Shown here one piece after another: positions 58,991 through 59,678 of a DNA stretch of 59,678 nt. Under the pieces are notes generated by a model. The model was not told the origin of the DNA. It worked only from the letters and a program-made list of their open reading frames with translations, and ran no database searches. Origin of the DNA: Macrostomum lignano (taxonomy: Eukaryota); contig NIVC01002023.1 in the NCBI GenBank assembly GCA_002269645.1, forward strand, positions 1 to 59,678. The letters are read 5' to 3'. The translations under genes were made by a program, and so were the position numbers. Every line of letters begins with the position of its first letter. The first letter of the stretch is position 1.

Positions 58991-59678
58991 GTAAAGTTTC
59001 AACTCTGTAACTCAACCGAAAAAGAAACTGTAAGCATGTGAAGTTTGTCTGCTTTTTCTGTTGTTTGTGCCACTCACTCACTCATTCCCCCAGAGCCAGA
59101 CGAAGGGTCAGGCGATAGGACTGAATGTACATAGCAAATGTACAGTGTTTTGGAATAACTTTTTTATAGCCTTCTCGCACCCAAGAGTGGAGAGGCTACG
59201 TTTAGCCATAACAGTTTAGTGAGAAATTCTAACCACTGCCCTCCTCTCTGTATTGGCAAACTCTGCAGCAGTTTAACAGTGGATGGCAATTGGCAAATCG
59301 AGGGAATCCAGCATGGTTTGTAAAAGCGAAAGATTTATGAAAAGGCGATGCGATGCAATGAAATACAACCCTAATAAATTAGGCACACCATGGACATTTT
59401 AAGTTTCTCTTAAAAGTACTTTAAAATTTAAATGGCCTCCTAAGAAATGCGTATTTCCTTGGTTGTTAGACTGATGCAAACTGCAGTAGAGCTGAAGATA
59501 CACAAATTCCTTTCAGGGCTGCGAATTGGCAAGAAATATGACGTGATCAAAGCATGAGAACAACCATGTCAGTGGCCAGATAAAGAATCCAGCTTATGGC
59601 TGAGGGGCAGATGAGAGTGGAAAGAAGGAATAGACGATTCGAAGAGAGGAGAAGCGAAAGAGGGGATAAAAGAAAATA

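Overview
Eukaryotic (invertebrate animal) genomic DNA. The intron style and repeat content resemble a flatworm such as Macrostomum, but that is an inference. There are two host genes: a 2-exon TLC-domain membrane protein gene (TMEM136/TLCD5-like, + strand, 8163-9410) and an 8-exon LRR+PDZ LAP gene (Erbin/Densin/LET-413-like, - strand, 39942-44761). The centre holds an endogenous Polinton/Maverick (adintovirus-type) element at 14647-34704. It has AG...CT termini, ~420-460 bp TIRs and an exact 6-bp TSD (TCCTTA). It encodes a parvovirus-type PLA2, a DDE integrase, an adenovirus pX-like protein, a protein-primed DNA polymerase B, a GasderminX-like protein, a packaging ATPase, major and minor capsid proteins and several ORFans. 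The element carries several lesions: a nonsense codon and a C-terminal deletion in the polymerase, a frameshift in a small GxG-motif gene, no protease gene, and an ATPase split by a full-length intact LOA-like LINE (APE-RT-RNase H) with a 13-bp TSD. It sits inside a multi-copy, ORF-less composite repeat (about 11170-14646 and 34711-36730) present in both orientations, which carries an E-box/CCAAT/CCAAT/TATA promoter module and a conserved spliceosomal intron. The rest contains three Gypsy LTR elements or remnants, RTE, mariner and Merlin remnants, MITEs, a 3.9-kb long-TIR element, a Helitron-like insert and minisatellites.
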